Source: Lingula anatina
Taxonomy: Eukaryota; Animalia; Brachiopoda
DNA length: 64,000 nucleotides
NCBI GenBank assembly: GCA_051362555.1
Contig: CM120643.1
Location: 28,400,848 to 28,464,847 of the forward strand
Direction: 5' to 3'
In this document: positions 14,145 through 25,342 of the stretch, in pieces
Layout: every line of letters begins with the position of its first letter
Numbering within the stretch: the stretch's first letter is position 1
Made by a program: the position numbers and the translations under genes
Notes under the pieces: model-generated
What the model saw: only the letters and a program-made list of their open reading frames with translations
Database searches by the model: none
Told to the model about the DNA's origin: nothing

Positions 14145-14925
14145 CCAATGAGTGTATAACAGTAGCAGCAGATTATTGATTCAGATGTTTCCTTATGGTG
14201 CCAATATTCCGAATGTTGAATAAACAAGACCTTGTGATGTTGGAGATCTGTTTGTCCATTGAAAGTGTAGAATCAAAGTATACTCCTAAATTTTTTACAT
14301 GGGGGATGAAAATGCCATACTAGCTCCAATTTTAAGTTGCAAGTTGTGAGCAAGGCCCTTGTTGTGGGGTTGAGTAATGACTAAAAATTATGTTTTTCCA
14401 TAATTAATCTTCAATTTGTTTGAAATGAGCCAACCTCTGAGGTCTGATATGCAATCAACAATTGTGTTCACAGACAATGCTGGATCATGGATGTTACAAG
14501 ATGTGTACAACTGGGTATCATCGGCATAAAAGTGGTAACCTATCTTATGATAACGCAGAATTGCTCCAAGGGGTAAGGTGTAAACACAAAACTTAAGCGG
14601 GCCAAGCACGCTCCCCTGAGGAACACCAAATAAAAGCTGTGAGAGCTCAGAAAGCACACCATTTATATTAACTTGATGCATTCTCCCAACAAGATAGGAT
14701 CGTAAAAGATCTAAGGCCTTATCTCTAACCCCTACCTCTGCTCTAGAAATGTCAATAAAATATTATGGTCTAATGTGTCAAACGCAGCAGACAAATCTAA
14801 CAGTACCAATAACATAGCAGAGTGTTTGTGAACACCACTTAACAAATAATTTTTAATTCTCAAAAGTGCAGATTCTGTGCTATGATTGAATTTGTAGGCT
14901 GACTGCATTTCCTCAACAAGATTGT
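14145..14925 (-). mobile_element. L2/CR1-type LINE reverse-transcriptase fragment
   Basis: Motifs QSAYKFNHSTESALL, LLDLSAAFDTLDH, GVPQGSVLGP and YADDTQLY, with a stop and truncation. Cut by the 4.4-kb element at 14144. Confidence 0.88.
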
Positions 14926-15837
14926 AAGATAAGGTCATCAGCATATAATATGTGGCATAAACCGTTCACTTCTCCTGTATTGTTTCTACACTGTAGGCTT
15001 TCTCTGATATCATCAATGAAGATATTAAAAAGAACAGGGCTGAGGTTATCCCCTTGACGGATACCGATTCGTGAAGTGAATGGCTCTGTGTAGCCACCTT
15101 GGACAGAAATTCCTAGTTTTGTGTTTTGGTACATTGATTTTACAACTCTAGAATATTTTCCTCCGATTCCCAAATTAAGCATCTTTAATAAGAGGCCCTT
15201 ATGCCAAACCGAATCAAATGCTTTTTTGAGATCGATGAAACATGCATAAATGCGTTTATTTTGGTTAACATATTGATTTATTAGGGATTTCAATGTAAAA
15301 ATGTGATCAGTAGTACGAAAACCTGGTCTAAAGCCTGCCTGTTCATTGCTGAGTTTTCCATTAGTATCTAGGGAATCATCGAGTCATACAGCCATAATTG
15401 AATTAAAAAGTTTTCCAAAGCAGCTAGTTATGCAAAACCCCCTATAATTTGTTGGATTCATACGATCCGCTGATTTGTATAGAGGTATAATAATACCTAA
15501 GTTCCAAGAGTCTGGCACTTCTGAGGTGTTAAGGTATACAGGTAAATTAAAAATCTTGGTGAGTGGTCCTATTATATATGGAGCACTTGTTTTGAGCATT
15601 TCATTTTTAATTTTGTCCTGACCTGGTGCCTTTCCATTTTTTAGGGTTTTCAGTGCCTTTTTTACTTCAGATATTGTTATCGGTTTGTCCAAGTACGTAT
15701 TACCAGGTAGATTTTCTTTTTGTTTGATTTCAGTATCTATTTCATGATCCCCAGTAGGTGTCATTCCACATAATTGATTAAAATGTTGTAACCACACATC
15801 TGGACTTATTAGATTGCCAGAACCTTTATTTTCTTTC

Positions 15838-15890
<53 letters not shown>

Positions 15891-17242
15891 TTTTCCAGAA
15901 TTCTTTGGGGTCCTTTTTTTTCATTGTCGAGGAGTATTTCTAAAAGTGAATCTTTGAATTCTTGCTTTTTGTTTTTAATTAGTTTTTTGTATTTTTAACA
16001 GCTTCATGATATGTATGCGATATAAATGTGTTCTGTGGGTTACTCTGTAATAGCTTCCCCAAGCGTTTTATTTCACGTCTGACTTCAGCACATGTTGCAT
16101 TAAACCATGGTTGTTTCTTCGCTCTTACTGGTTTGTTTTTCTTTTTTGTTACAGGGTGTTTTTGCTGAACTAATTATTCATTAGCCGTGTTCTCAAGTAT
16201 GTCTGAGAGTGACTGTCTGAGAGTGAGAGTGACTTGCTGCATTAACCCCTTCTTTGGTGGCCGGATAATTAGTATGTTGCAGTTTGCTTATAGCCAGAAT
16301 ATTTTCTTCTTTTTCAAGGGCTTCAAGAAATTTTTCAGCAGAATAATTTTTTCCATATGTATTGCTCACTAGCCTTGAGAATGAGTGTCGAAGCATTTAT
16401 ATTCTTGATTCCTGTGCCTTGGATTGACAGGTCTATCAGACAATGATCAGAGATGTAGTCTATTGGGTGAACTGTGCAATATCTTACTTTGTTAAAGAGA
16501 ACATCACCAACAATAACATAATCTACCGTGCTACATCCATGTCTATTGTAACAAGTAAAATAACCTAAGGAGTTGCCAAGTGTCCTACCATAAACAATGC
16601 TGAGACTGCTACTTATGCACAGCTCAATCAAACTTCGACCTTGCGAGTTAACTATAGGGTCGAGATTATTTCTCCTCTTTGGTGTAAAGTCTGATCTACA
16701 GGTATTCGGTAAGAGTGGACCTTTGGCGTTATCATTACTGGTAACATCAGGCAATGTACCAGTGCGTGCGTTGAAATAACCTAATATGCAAATTTCACCA
16801 TACTGTTGGTAGTGAGCTATTTCATTTTCTAAGATTTCAAAAGCCTGTTCATCATTTGGACCATTGTTTGGTTTAATATAAGTAGCACAAATGAAGAGGT
16901 CCCTTTATAAGCCAAAATGCCCTGTAGTTCTACCCATAGTAAGTTTTCACTTTTGCTTTCATGTGCTTTAATTGCCCCACCAAACTCCTTTTTGTAATAG
17001 ATCACTGTCCCTCCCGAGAGCCTACCTTTGTTTTTCTTCTTTTTTCGCATTCTAAGAAAATGACCATGAGAGTTTGTGGGTAAAACCACCCTGGATCTTA
17101 GGGTGGTAAATGTTTCAATACAAATGAATATGTCATAGCTCTCTACTGTTGTTATAAAAATTTCATCAGAAAGCTTATTCCATAGCCCTCTAACATTTCT
17201 CATTCCTATGCGCAACATTGTCAGAAGTATCAATACAGGCAC
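14925..17242 (-). pseudogene. RTEX/RTE-like LINE ORF2 (APE endonuclease + RT), broken by frameshifts and truncated after YADD
   Basis: Endonuclease motifs NVRGL, IET, G.FNARTG, STVDY and SDH. RT motifs GKAPGQDKI.NEMLK, NYRG, FIDLKKAFDSV, GIRQGDNLSP.LF and LYADDL. Confidence 0.88.
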
Positions 17243-17708
17243 TTGTAATTCAACCGGAAAGTAACTGTTTTAACCACGTAAACATTGATATATTAAAAGT
17301 ATGTACAGTAATTAGTTAAATAGTTTCCTAAATTCATTCAATACAGGCTAAAGTATACATTTGCATAATAAGTATACATGTGCGCGGATGACCAAAGTCG
17401 TTTTCAGTAATAGTAGATATTGCGTCAACTATGTGTTTCCCTCTCATGGCGATGCACCGGCTCTTACTGTGGGGGAAAAGTTTGTTGGCATCAAGGTTTT
17501 TACCGATGGAGCTGGTAATTACAATATTATCAAACTTGTTCTCACTTTCTGGTGCAGTTGTGGGCACAGGAGTGCTAGTAGTTAGATGATTCGTTACCTC
17601 TTCGGGAAAGGTGTAGGCATTAGTTTCAGACACTACAGCTGCATAAGATTTCTTCACTATTGGAGAGGTAGTTAAATCATCTGAGGTAACCTTAGTAGCT
17701 GCTTGTAC

Positions 17709-17827
17709 TATAACAACTGCCTTGTTGTCAGGACACGTGTTTATTAGAATCAGCTCACTGAGATACACAATGACCTCTCAGGTCAATACACACATCATAT
17801 AGGTGGCGCGCTGCACAATATGTGACA
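17709..17827 (-). repeat. 3' LTR
   Basis: Direct repeat of 22226-22344 with 2 mismatches seen. On the - strand it reads TGTCACA...GTTATA and is preceded by the polypurine tract AAAAGGGGAGA (17828-17838). Confidence 0.95.
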
Positions 17828-18296
17828 TCTCCCCTTTTATGAAGAAACAGGCACTGTACAAGACTTTAACTTTAAACTTTAACTTTGTTAGAAATAGTGG
17901 CTTGTGTGAACCAGTGCCTGACTAAAGAGCAACAGTGAAACATTAACTTCAATTAACAAACTGCATAAATCACTGTTCAAAGTTTTCAATACACAAGCTG
18001 CATATTTAGTCACTGTTCAGTTTTCAATAAACAAACTTTCAATAAACAGTCTTTTCAAAACACACACAAAGTTTAACTTACTAGTCTACAAAACACAACA
18101 CCCAAAGGAATAACTGATTATAAGTGTCAATGTTCCTTCTGTTGATAAACTGTCAACTTTGTAACTCCAGACTAGTAACTTTTCACAGAAACATAACACA
18201 GTTGAGGTTAATGAACCATGAAAGTACACATGCACTGAGATGTCATCAAAACAAACAAACAAAACAAAGGGCAGAGGTTGCTAGCACATGCCTTAT

Positions 18297-21200
18297 TTAT
18301 AGATTAAGCCTATCTGGAGGTTTACTAAGCCTTCCGGACCTGGTATATTTCTCACATTGAACTCCAGATTTCTCAGTTCTTTCCTGGTGTTTCTTTTGAT
18401 GATATTTTTTAAGTGGCGACTCAGATTTACAGTCCTGATTGACTGGTGACTCGGGTTTACTTGTTTCATGGAGATCAGGTATTTCCTGCAAATCATTGGA
18501 AAATTTGAAGTTCCTTTTTCTGAGGTGTCTTCTGTTCCTCCTGAATGAATGACCATTGTAGCTTACTATAAAAAACCGAGGATGTGCGTCCCTCTTTACA
18601 ACTGATGCGGGCTTCCATTCTCCCTGGCACTGAAGACCGACTGATTCTCCTGGAGTTAACTCGGGCAACTCCTTTGCTTTTCTGTCATATATTCTCTTGT
18701 ACCTCTGCTGTTGTCTATGTAGCTGCTGCTTTGGAAACACTACTTGTGGTTCAAGTAGCTTGGTAGCTGTTGGAATCTTAGAACGTAAAGCTCTGCTCAT
18801 TAGCATCTGGGCTGGGGAAAAATCCATTCCTGAGATTGGAGTATTACGATACTCCAGCAAGGCAATGCATGGATCTCTTCCATCACTCATGGCTTTCTTC
18901 AGGATTTTCTTAATAGTCTGAACTGTTCTCTCGCTCTGTCCATTTGACTGAGGATAGTGAGGACTCGATGTATCCTGATTTATTCCCCATTCTCTTGCGA
19001 AGTTTTTAAAGTCATAACTCCCAAATGGCATATTGTCAGAGACAATTGTTTAGGAATTCCATGTCTAGCAAATATAGACTTTAAGTGTAGTATCACGGTC
19101 TTGGCCGTTTTGTCCTCTAAGTAAGAAATCTCTGGGTATTTGGAATAATAATCTACCACAACCAGGTAGTCTTTACCCTTCAAAGTCAACTTTCTCCCAT
19201 GGCCTGTGTGGTATCGCGTGCGGAATCAAGGGCTCCTTTCCGTTGCTTGGACGAAATTTACGGCACACCGAGCACTGGGCAACTATCAATTCTATGTCCG
19301 CTGACATTCCTGGCCAGTATAGTGAAGATCTCGCCCTTGCTTTGCATATGTCAGCACCCAAGTGGCTTTCATGAATTAGAGACAACATGTCTGATCGTAA
19401 CTTGGCGGGAATTACGATGCGCTCTCCCAGAAGAACGAGGCCTTCTGCTATGTGTAACTCATCCCTTACATCCCAGTAGGGCTGGACGTTCACTGGCAGC
19501 TCAGACTTCCTGTCAGGCCAACCGCGTTTTATAACTGACTGAAGTCTTAGTAACGTGTAATCATCAGCAGTGGCTGCTTTAATCTCCTCCAGCTTGTCTG
19601 TAGAAGCAGGGAGACTGGTAACTAGGCTGTGTACCATAACTTCAATATCCTCTGGAGCACCACACTTGGACCCATCCTGAGTATACGCTCTAGAAAGCGT
19701 ATCAGCTACATGCATGTACTTTCCTTTTATGTATCGGACAGAAATGTTGTATCTTTGTAGCTGTAACATCATACGTTGCAGTCTTGGAGATGCCTTAACG
19801 ATAGGCTTCTTCAGAATAATTTCCAATGGGCGGTGATCAGTGTGAATCTCCACTTCTTTGCCATACACATACTGGTGGAATTTTTCACAGGCAAAACAAA
19901 TAGCTAGAAGCTCCTTTTCTATTTGAGAATAATTTTGTTCTGCTGAAGTAAGAGCTCTCGAGGCATATGCAACAGGTCTGTTTCGTTGGAGTAAGCATGA
20001 ACCCAACCCACTTTGAGAGGCATCTGTTTGAATGGTGACTGGCTGTGTCACATCATAAAACTGCAGAACGGGCTGCTTGCTTAGAGCTTCCTTTACTTGC
20101 TGCATAGCATGATCCTGCTCTGGTCCCCAATGCCATTCAATATCCTCTTTCAGCAGCAATCTGAGAGGAGCAGTTAAGCTTGACTCATTGGCTATATATG
20201 GTGACAGATATTTCACCATTCCCAAGAAACGCATCATTGAAGCTCTGTCTGTTGGCTGGGGCATGTTAATGATTGCATCGACTTTGGCAGGATCAGGTTT
20301 AAGTCCTTCTTCAAATACAATATGACCCATATAGTTGACTGACTTCACTTTGAATTGGATTTTATCCTTGTTGAACTTGACATTCTGTTCACGTGCTCGC
20401 TGCATGACCTTATGAACTATACTATCATGCTCTGCTTCACTGCTACCTGCAATGATCATGTCGTCTGCTATGACGTGCACCCCTGGAATGTCACCAAACG
20501 CTTCCTCATTACGCTTCTGCATCACTTCACTAGCAGAGGATATTCCGAAAGGCATGCGCTTAAATCTCTTTCGGCCCCATGGGGTGTGGAAAGTGCAAAG
20601 ATATGATGATTCTTCAGATAGTTTCACGTGCCAGTAACTATCATTCATGTCAACAACTGTGAAGATGCATTTACCTGCTAGTCGGCTCTGAACATCAGCT
20701 GGCGTAGGTATCTCATATCTCTCACGCGTTATGGCCTGGTTGAGTGGCTTGGGATCGAGACATAGCCTAATGCTACCATTGCGTTTCTCTGTAATCACTA
20801 AATTGTTCACCCAGTCAGTTGGTTTGTCAACACTTGCAATGACATCTTGCTTTTCTAGCTGAGAGAGAGCCTCCTTCAACTTGTCATGCTTAGCAAAGGG
20901 TATCTTACGAGGAGCTTGCACAACTGGGGGAACACTTGGGTCAACAACAATATCATATTCTCTCTTATATTGTCCAAGTCCAGTAAAATTGTCACCATAC
21001 TCACTCAATAGCTTGTCTTGGGTCAAAGGTACATTTGTAGACTGGACTATGTTCACAGGTACACGTTGTAAAAGCCCTAGTGAAGCACATAACTGACGTC
21101 CAAGAATGGCTGAATAATCTCCTTCAGTCACATAGAAGGTAGCTGGCTGAGGCATAAGAGAGGGCTTGGTTGAGACTGACAGCTGTGCTTGACCCACTGG

Positions 21201-22226
21201 TTTTATTGTAGCATTTCCAAATGCTGTCAGAACAGCTTTAGTGACACGGAGAGGTGTCTGGCATACTTGCTTATAGGTACCCCATGGCAGCACATTGACA
21301 TCAGCTCCAGTATCCAACTTAAATGTTACTGGCTTCTTGTTAATATACAGAGTCTCAGAATACTGCGTAGAACAATTGCTGCTTGTGAGACTACCAACGA
21401 ACAGCCTCTCACCTTCATCACTGCCAACATCCTCCGTGTCTAGCTGGTGTATCTTCTTTGATGATAATGGTTTCTTTCTGAAGCCTCCACCCAGACAAAC
21501 AACGGCAAAATGATTTAACCCCGAACATTTCTTGCATTTCTTACCATAAGCTGGACATCGTTTCGGAAGGTGTGAAGTTCCACAGTACTTGCATTTAGAT
21601 GTGACTTTGGCGATACGCTGTTTGCTCTTAATAGCATTGACTTCAGGTAAACTTGCCGGGACTGTCATGGCGGCCATTTGCGCTCTGCTTACTTCTGCTG
21701 CACGTGCAATGTCAAGCGCTTTTCCTAACGTAAGAGAGGTTTCCCTTAGCAATCTTTCTTTGACTTTAGGATCCAATACACCAAATACGAGTTTGTCTCT
21801 GATTAACAAGTCTTTTTGTTCACCAAACTCACATTTGTCGCTTTGCCTTCTCAGCTTCGTTATCCACGTGTCTACGGATTCCCCTTCTTGCTGACTTCGG
21901 CTCCAGAATTGCTATCTCTCAAAAACTACATTGCACCTGGGCTCACTGTACTGTCTAAATTTTGTTAAGACCGCGTCTACATCTTGTTTCTGTGATTCAT
22001 CTTCAAAAGTGAACGTGTTAAAAATATCTAGCGCCTCCGGGCCTGCAGTGTGAAGCAAGATGGCGACTTGCGTCGCGCCAGACTTTTCTCCTAATTCGCA
22101 TGCATTATAGTACACCTTGAATTGCTGCTCCCATTTACGCCAGTTTGTAGCCACATTTCCACTCTGGAAATTAACGTGTGCAGGTGGTTTCAAGGTTTCC
22201 ATTGAGAATCCCGCTTCTGACACCAT
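18297..22226 (-). pseudogene. Gypsy gag-pol polyprotein with one in-frame stop and two frameshifts
   Basis: Gag NWRKWEQQF; double zinc knuckle CKYCGTSH...CKKCSGLNHFAVVC; protease DTGA; RT IADD; RNase H TDAS...EKELLA...TDHRPL; integrase H-H-C-C, VVDYYSK, SDN and QSNGQSER. Stop at 21912; frameshifts near 19180 and 19040. Confidence 0.92.
22208..22225 (-). promoter_or_regulatory. Primer-binding site (tRNA-Leu type)
   Basis: TGGTGTCAGAAGCGGGAT directly after the 5' LTR; resembles the complement of a eukaryotic tRNA-Leu 3' end. Confidence 0.8.
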
Positions 22227-22344
22227 ATAACAACTGCCTTGTTGTCAGGACACGTGTTTATTAGAATCAGCTCACTGAGATACACAATGACATCACAGGT
22301 CAATACACACATCATATAGGTGGCGCGCTGCACAATATGTGACA
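22226..22344 (-). repeat. 5' LTR
   Basis: Direct repeat of 17709-17827. Confidence 0.95.
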
Positions 22345-24299
22345 TGTACTTTGTTGGTGCCAGATACCTGTACATTATGTTGACTAGCTGACTGGACAGG
22401 TAGCTCCAAAGTGTTGGCATCTGTATTGTTTGGTGTGACCTTAGCAACCGTATCACTTGATGAGGGAGTGATGGCATCAGTTACAGTATCAACAGACTGT
22501 GTTTCAGATTGAACAGGTACAGGTTGCTCAGGTGTGGAGGGCGTGTCAACTGCAACTGCTACTGGTATGATAAGATCTGCAGCTACTTGGCTAATTGCAG
22601 GGTTGTGACTTTGGTTCATCTGAGAGGGATTGAAGGGTTATGCTTGAGGCTTATCATATATGGTGATCTCAGTTAGATTGACCTGGATTTCTTCTTCAGA
22701 GGTATCAACAATACATTGAACTGATTTGTGGCCAGTGCTGTTGGAAGATTGAGTCCCTTTGTTGGCGGTGGTTAATTGTATTTTGGGTGGGACAAAGTTT
22801 TTGATGTTGGCAACTTCTTCTGTCAGTGCCTGCACTTGTGACATGAGTTTAGATAGTAGGCCAATTATCTCATTGTCCTTTGCAGAGGATGTTGTTATTA
22901 GCCCCTGCAGTGCTTCATTCATCCTCAGAAATTGAGTGTCTAGCTTGTCCTTTTTGGCATCCTACCTTTGTAGGTCAGCCGTTTTAGGTAGAATTTCTGC
23001 ATACTGATTTTCCACTGACTGAAGGGTCTCTTGAATTTTTTCCATATCTCTCTCATTCTTCATAGTTTTTAAGTTTGAGCTTGTACTAAGTCTCCTTGTT
23101 TTGACACCTTTTAACCTTTTGTTGTGAGTTTGTTTCAGTTCAGTTTGATCAGTGTCACCATCAGTTATATCAGTAGTAATCACTTCATCTTTCCCACTGA
23201 TTTCGGTATTTTCAACACATTCTACCTGGTTTTGAGTGGCAATTTCCTCATGGCTTTGGCTACAAGGCTGGACTTTGGGTGATGTTAAAAGTAGTGCAAG
23301 TTTGGGATAGTCCAGTGCTAACCATGCTATGTATGCAGCACCTTGAACATGTATCTTCTTAGACTTGGCGGTATGGTAGAAAGTCAGAGATATGCTACCA
23401 AGGCTCAGTCCTTTTGGGCTGTGGTATGTGAATTTTAGCTGGTGTCCTGTTCCGTTGTTCACATCAATGCATCGGGCTTGTGATACTGCCTAAATACTTC
23501 CAGCCAACGCTTGACTAAAGGCACAGATGTAATGGCTACAACAGCACACTGACTATTATACATAACTTTTTCAATGTTGGGGCCATAGTCACTGCAGATA
23601 TCATTTTCCCAGTCATATTTCTTTCTTGTTTCTGGATTGATAAGGGTAAAATATGCTTCACTAAGTTTCTGTAACTGTTCTTTGTCCTCAATTCCACTAA
23701 CCTTGACGGTGTATGCATGGGTTATCTCCTCTATTGTGCATCCTGTAGCTATTCCTAGTGTGGTGTACAGGTCCTCCATCTTGCTTGCTTTGTTCCAATG
23801 CTGAAGGCTGTACTATATTTAATGATCAGCTTTTTCCATTATAATCCTTACAGTTGTCACCTTTCCTTTACATGTAAATGTCCCAGACAGGTTTAGGATC
23901 TTTCTAAAAGTTGTACATAGAGTTAAATATGCTGTTGTCCGTGGTTAATTCAGTAAATTTCAGAGAGCAAAATTTATTAAAGTTATTTTGGGCGGTAAAA
24001 GGTAAAAGAGGACGTTGTAACATGTAAGTATGACTCCCGGAGTCAAAATTTCATAATGAAATTCTGCCCCCCCCCCCCATTAAATTTGACCCCCACCCCC
24101 CACAAAACTTGATAAATCTTTTTTTTTTTTTTTTTTTTTTTTTGTTTTGTTTAGTATGTGACTTATACACTCTTGCCCAAAATGGTTGGTACACGGAAAT
24201 TTTGGGATGCATATCGCCCTGTTTCTTTCATTATTATTGACATTACCAAATTAATACTGTTTATATTGTTAAATATGTGAAGCTGGATGATTGGTAGAG

Positions 24300-24559
24300 T
24301 CAAGGAGAAACAACCAATGCAAATGTGAAAAAAGCGTTAATTTATTTAGTTTTTTTTTTCTCATGCCCCCAAAAAGAGTAATTTCTTACGTAACAGTACC
24401 AAGCGAAAAATTAAACATAAATTTATACTGTGATTGACAATTAATATGAAATTAGGGGAAATTGTCAAGAAACATCTTCAGAGTTCATTATTAATCTAAA
24501 TAGCGGGTATGCCGTTAATTAACGTTTTTTTCACATTTGCATTGGTTGTTTCTCCTTGA
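24300..24559. repeat. Small inverted-repeat element (MITE-like)
   Basis: TCAAGGAGAAACAACCAATGCAAATGTGAAAAAA at 24300, with its reverse complement ending at 24559. No clear TSD. Confidence 0.65.
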
Positions 24560-25164
24560 TACATTTTCATGAGAACATAAGAAAATTAAAAATGTGAATT
24601 TTACCACCCAATGACTCCCCTATGAAAGAACTATTTATATGATATTTGGTAATAATTTCAACATTTTTTAAATTTATTTAATGGAAAAAATATTTGGAAA
24701 TATTCGAAAAGTTGATAATATATTGGGTGGAAAAATTTAAAAAAATCACAAAAATTATTTTCATACCCATGGGATTTAGACTCCCATGAAGAAAAGGTCA
24801 TTCTTTATATGTAATCAACAGCCCATTATTTTCCACATAATTTGCATTGAAATGTATATTTTGTTAGTATTTGAAAGTTTTGTGATGCATATTTTGGTGA
24901 ACATTGCTAACTTAATAGTGTTTCTACTTCTTATCATTGAAGATTTAAAAAATTTTGTGGGGAGGGGGGACTCAAAATTAATTATAAAATGCATTACTAC
25001 AAGTTATTTTGTCGGTAAATTCCATTTTGAAATTTTGACTAAGGACTCACCTTTTAGGTGCCATTTGCCATTTAAGATAACTTTTTCAAAACCTTCTGCT
25101 ATATCTTAGTATACAATAATTATGTTTATTTGGAACCTTAAATGCAATATAATTGCTTCTGTAG

Positions 25165-25342
25165 CGACAGTGGCGCAACTGCAGTCGATAGTGCAGGATT
25201 TGACCAAGGATGGGGATTCATTCATATGGACCATGTGACCTGTACTGGCGGAGAAAGATCCCTGAAAGACTGTCCCCACGGAGGATGGGGATCGCACGAC
25301 TGTATACACTGGAAAGATGCTGGTGTCAGGTGTTTGCCATAA
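25165..25342 (+). CDS. SRCR terminal half-exon T2
   Basis: ttgcttctgtAG acceptor, phase 2 (fits exon A3). Translates [58 protein letters not shown]-stop, with 4 Cys intact. Confidence 0.8.

Larger units (their letters stand above)
17709..22344 (-). mobile_element. Ty3/Gypsy LTR retrotransposon (Mag-like), structurally complete, 4636 bp
   Basis: Two 119-bp LTRs, a 5-bp TSD TGTAC (17704-17708 and 22345-22349), PBS, PPT and the domain order gag-PR-RT-RH-IN. Confidence 0.96.
17334..23779 (-). pseudogene. LINE ORF1 (J-like domain, coiled-coil/low-complexity region, SGNH-esterase-like start), split by the Gypsy insertion
   Basis: ORF pieces 23779-23459, then (after a frameshift) 23462-22962, 22922-22638 and 22619-22345, the last three in one frame with two stops. 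Removing the Gypsy element and one TGTAC restores ...GTNKVQAATKVTSDD.... The C-terminal IVITSSIGKNLDANKLFP...RG resembles esterase block I. It lies directly upstream of ORF2. Confidence 0.75.

Noticed and set aside
15840-15888. Long poly-T run as a possible retroposon tail
   Set aside because: LINE ORF2 homology continues on both sides and no TSD is seen, so it is more likely homopolymer expansion or sequencing error.
18584-21894. Plus-strand ORFs overlapping the Gypsy pol
   Set aside because: Antisense shadows of the long minus-strand ORF.
21912-21914. TAG between the gag N-terminus and the long ORF as programmed readthrough
   Set aside because: It falls in the middle of the capsid-like region rather than at the gag-pol boundary, and the element has other lesions, so a nonsense mutation is simpler.
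22200-22225. tRNA-like sequence
   Set aside because: Only ~20 nt complementary to a tRNA 3' end, next to an LTR: a primer-binding site, not a tRNA gene.
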